From Cetorhinus maximus (lineage: Eukaryota), in the NCBI RefSeq assembly GCF_964194155.1, contig NC_135901.1, forward strand, positions 25,792,001-25,856,000: DNA of 64,000 bases, written 5' to 3'. Of this stretch, positions 61,373 to 64,000 are shown in pieces. Both the position numbers and the translations under genes were made by a program. Position 1 is the stretch's first letter. Every line of letters starts with the position of its first letter. The notes below the pieces were generated by a model. It was given only the letters and a program-made list of their open reading frames with translations. It ran no database searches and was not told the origin of the DNA.

Positions 61373-61484
61373 CAACACAATTCCTGTAGAAAATCCCATC
61401 AGGAAAACATTTTGGTTTCCCTTCTGTAAATCCTCCCCTTATAACCCCCTGTAAAAGGAGTTTCCAAAATCCATTCCTGTCAGT

Positions 61485-62460
61485 CAATGAGGCAAGTCTG
61501 GCCACAGGAGAGGTGCCAGAGGACTGGAAGACAGCCAATGTGGCCCCATCATTCAAGAATGCAGGAAGGGATAAACCAGGGAACTACAGGCCAGTCAGTC
61601 TAACCTCAGTGGTGGGGAAACTATTGGAAGCAATTCTGGGGGATGGAATTAATCTACACTTGGAGAGGCAGGGATTAAACAAGGACAGTCAGCATGGTTT
61701 TGTTAAGGGGAGGTCATGTCTGACCAATTTGATTGAATTTTTTGAAGAGGTGACCAGGTGTGCAGATGAGGGCAATGCATTTTACGTAGTTGACTTGGAC
61801 TTCAGCAAGGCTTTCGATAAGGTCCCACATGGGAGACTGATAATGAAGGTAAGAGCCCATGGGATCCAAGGCAATTGGGCAAATTGTATCCAGAATTGGC
61901 TGAGTGGCAGGAAGCAGAGGGTGATGGTCGAAGGGTGTTTTTGTGACTGAATGCCTGTGTCCAGCGGGGTTCCACAGGGATCAGTGTTGGGTTTCTTGCT
62001 GTTTGTGGTATATATAAACGATTTAGACTTGAATGTAGGAGGATTGATCAGTAAGCTCATGGATGACACGAAAATTGGTGGGGTGGTAAATAGTGAGGAG
62101 GATAGCCTTAGATTGCAGGAGGATATAGACGGGCTGGTCAGTGGCAAATGGAATTTAATCCAGATAAATTTGAGGTGATGCACTTGGGCAGGACAAACAA
62201 GGCACTGGAATACACAATGAATGGTAGCACCCTGGGAAGTACCGAGGATCAGGGGGACCTTGGTGTGCACGTCCACTGGTCCCTTTAGGTAGCGGAACAG
62301 ATAGATAAGGCATATGGGATACTTGCCTTTATTAGCCGAGGCATAGGATATAAGAGCAGGGAGGTTATGCTGGAACTGTATAAAACGCTGGTTAGGCCAC
62401 AGTTAGAGTATTGCGTGCAGTTCTGAAATCCACATTATAGGAAGGGTGTGATTGCACTAG
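61485..62460 (+). mobile_element. CR1 LINE RT region
   Basis: 'PGNYRPVSLTS', 'QHGFVKGRSCLTNL', 'DFSKAFDKVPH' and 'GVPQGSVLG'. Confidence 0.92.
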
Positions 62461-62617
62461 ACCATAGGACCATAAGACATAGGAGCGGAAATTAGGCCAT
62501 TCGGCCCATCGAGTCTGCTCCGCCATTCAATCATGGCTGATAAGTTTCTCAACCCCATTCTCCCGCCTTCTCCCCGTAACCTTTGATCCCCTTACCAATC
62601 AAGAACCTATCTATCTG

Positions 62618-63360
62618 TCTCCCGTTTCTCTCCTATCTCCCATCAACCCCTGTCAGAGTTCATCTTGTCCATGAGACCCACCTCCTAGTCCCTCAATCCT
62701 AATCCCACTACACTGCTGATGATCCATCTTCCCCATTTTAGCTGATACTGTTTATGGTTGTCTCTCCATTTTGCTATTGTCCCTCTCACCTTTAAATCCA
62801 CCATCACCACCATCCTGAAAAAAGCAGCCCTTGACCCCCACCATCCTTGCAAACTACTGCCCCATCTCCAACCTGCTTTTCCTCTGCAAAGACCTTGAAC
62901 TTGGTGTCCCCCAAGGATCTCTCCTTGGTCCCTCCTATTTCTCATCTACATGCTGCCACTAGGCGACATCATCCAAAAGCACCGTGTTAGTTTTCACATG
63001 TACACTGACAATGCCTAGCTCTACCTCACCACCATCCCTCTCCATTCCGCCACCACGACTAAATTATCGAACCGATTATCCGACATACAGTACTGGATGT
63101 GCAGAAATTTCCTCCGATTAACAATTGGGAAGACCAAAGCTATTGTCTACAGTCACCACTACAAATTCTGTTCCCTAACTACCGAGTCCATCCCTCTCTC
63201 TAGGAACTGTCTTGAGGCTGAATCACACTGTCCAGAATCTTGATGTCTATTTTATCCCAAGATGACTTTCCCCCCACTTATCCACACCATCACAAATACC
63301 ACATATCTCCACCTCCATAAGGTTACTTGTCTCCCCCCACAGCTCATCTGCTGCTGAGAG
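62618..63360 (+). mobile_element. L2 LINE fragment with the shared internal deletion
   Basis: Paralogous to 33800-34275 and, in reverse, 56820-57560. Confidence 0.8.
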
Positions 63361-63404
63361 AGGAGATGAATATCCTGTTACTGATTATTCAGTTCGTGGT
63401 CACT

Positions 63405-64000
63405 TTTTCCCTTTCTCACTACACTGCAAATAAATCATCCTTGCTGTCTGTCCTGAATGAATCCATTTCAATAACAAATGTTGGAATGTTTGCTCCACAT
63501 CCACAGGGTTTCATTTGTTTAAAGCCACAAACAGAAAGGTCCAGTTTTCTCCTGGAGTTTGAGACAAAGCAGCTTTCAAAATGATGCCGAGTTTCAACCA
63601 ATGAGGGAGATCCGGGCTCAGCCCCGCCCCTCATTCACTCCGATTGGTAGGAGGACCAGCTATCTCGCTCGGCCCGCCAGCACCGTCCTTTCTTCCTATT
63701 GGTCCTGAGCTGCCGTCAATCACCCCGGTCTTTGTGATCTGGAGCATGCGCAATGCGGGTGATGTCCATGGACAGACGCTTGTTTGTCTCATCTTCAGGC
63801 GAGGAGGAGGCGGATAAGCGGCGGCAGCGTTAGGGGCAGTGGGTGGGAGGGGAGGCTTCACAAACACCCAGTGGAGGCCTCAACACCCCCAGTAAGAAAG
63901 TACCGGGCCCGCCTTTGCACCGAACGGAACGGCAGCTGCGGGATTTCTCCCGGTGCCAGGCCCGCGTGGACAAATGTGGGTTAATGAAGGAAATGCAGCA
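63405..64000 (+). promoter_or_regulatory. Promoter/first exon of a further ZNF paralog (K), running off the window
   Basis: Colinear near-copy of 50190-50773 plus 51284-51308, lacking the PLE insertion. Confidence 0.75.

Noticed and set aside
60712-62620. Opposed CR1 pieces as one twin-primed inversion
   Set aside because: The pieces overlap in consensus coordinates and are separated by ZNF-derived DNA, so they are separate insertions.

Overview
Vertebrate genomic DNA, most likely from a cartilaginous fish. This is inferred from the repeat content (HER1-type CR1 LINE tails, SacSINE1/DeuSINE-like SINEs, Neptune-type Penelope elements) and not from a database search. The window is a tandem cluster of about 10 C2H2 zinc-finger genes and pseudogenes with no recognisable KRAB or other known N-terminal domain. 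Two have long open finger arrays (8169-9233, 39497-40258); the rest are decayed. Several are arranged head-to-head on CpG-rich promoters that share a family-specific CCAAT/inverted-repeat module. The cluster is densely interspersed with CR1, L2 and RTE LINEs, SINEs and solo LTRs. Main observations: (1) about ten Penelope-like (PLE) insertions, most carrying minimal type-I hammerhead ribozyme motifs with compensatory stem-II changes, several with 11-15 bp target-site duplications, often forming hairpins and concentrated at ZNF promoters and first introns; (2) a GalEa-clade Ty1/copia retrotransposon inserted into a finger array and split into two pieces about 8 kb apart; (3) a conserved atypical N-terminal finger and a semi-conserved 3'UTR triloop hairpin shared across the ZNF family, which are candidates for an undescribed KRAB-independent effector and regulatory system. 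All coordinates and family calls were made by eye; repeat boundaries are approximate.
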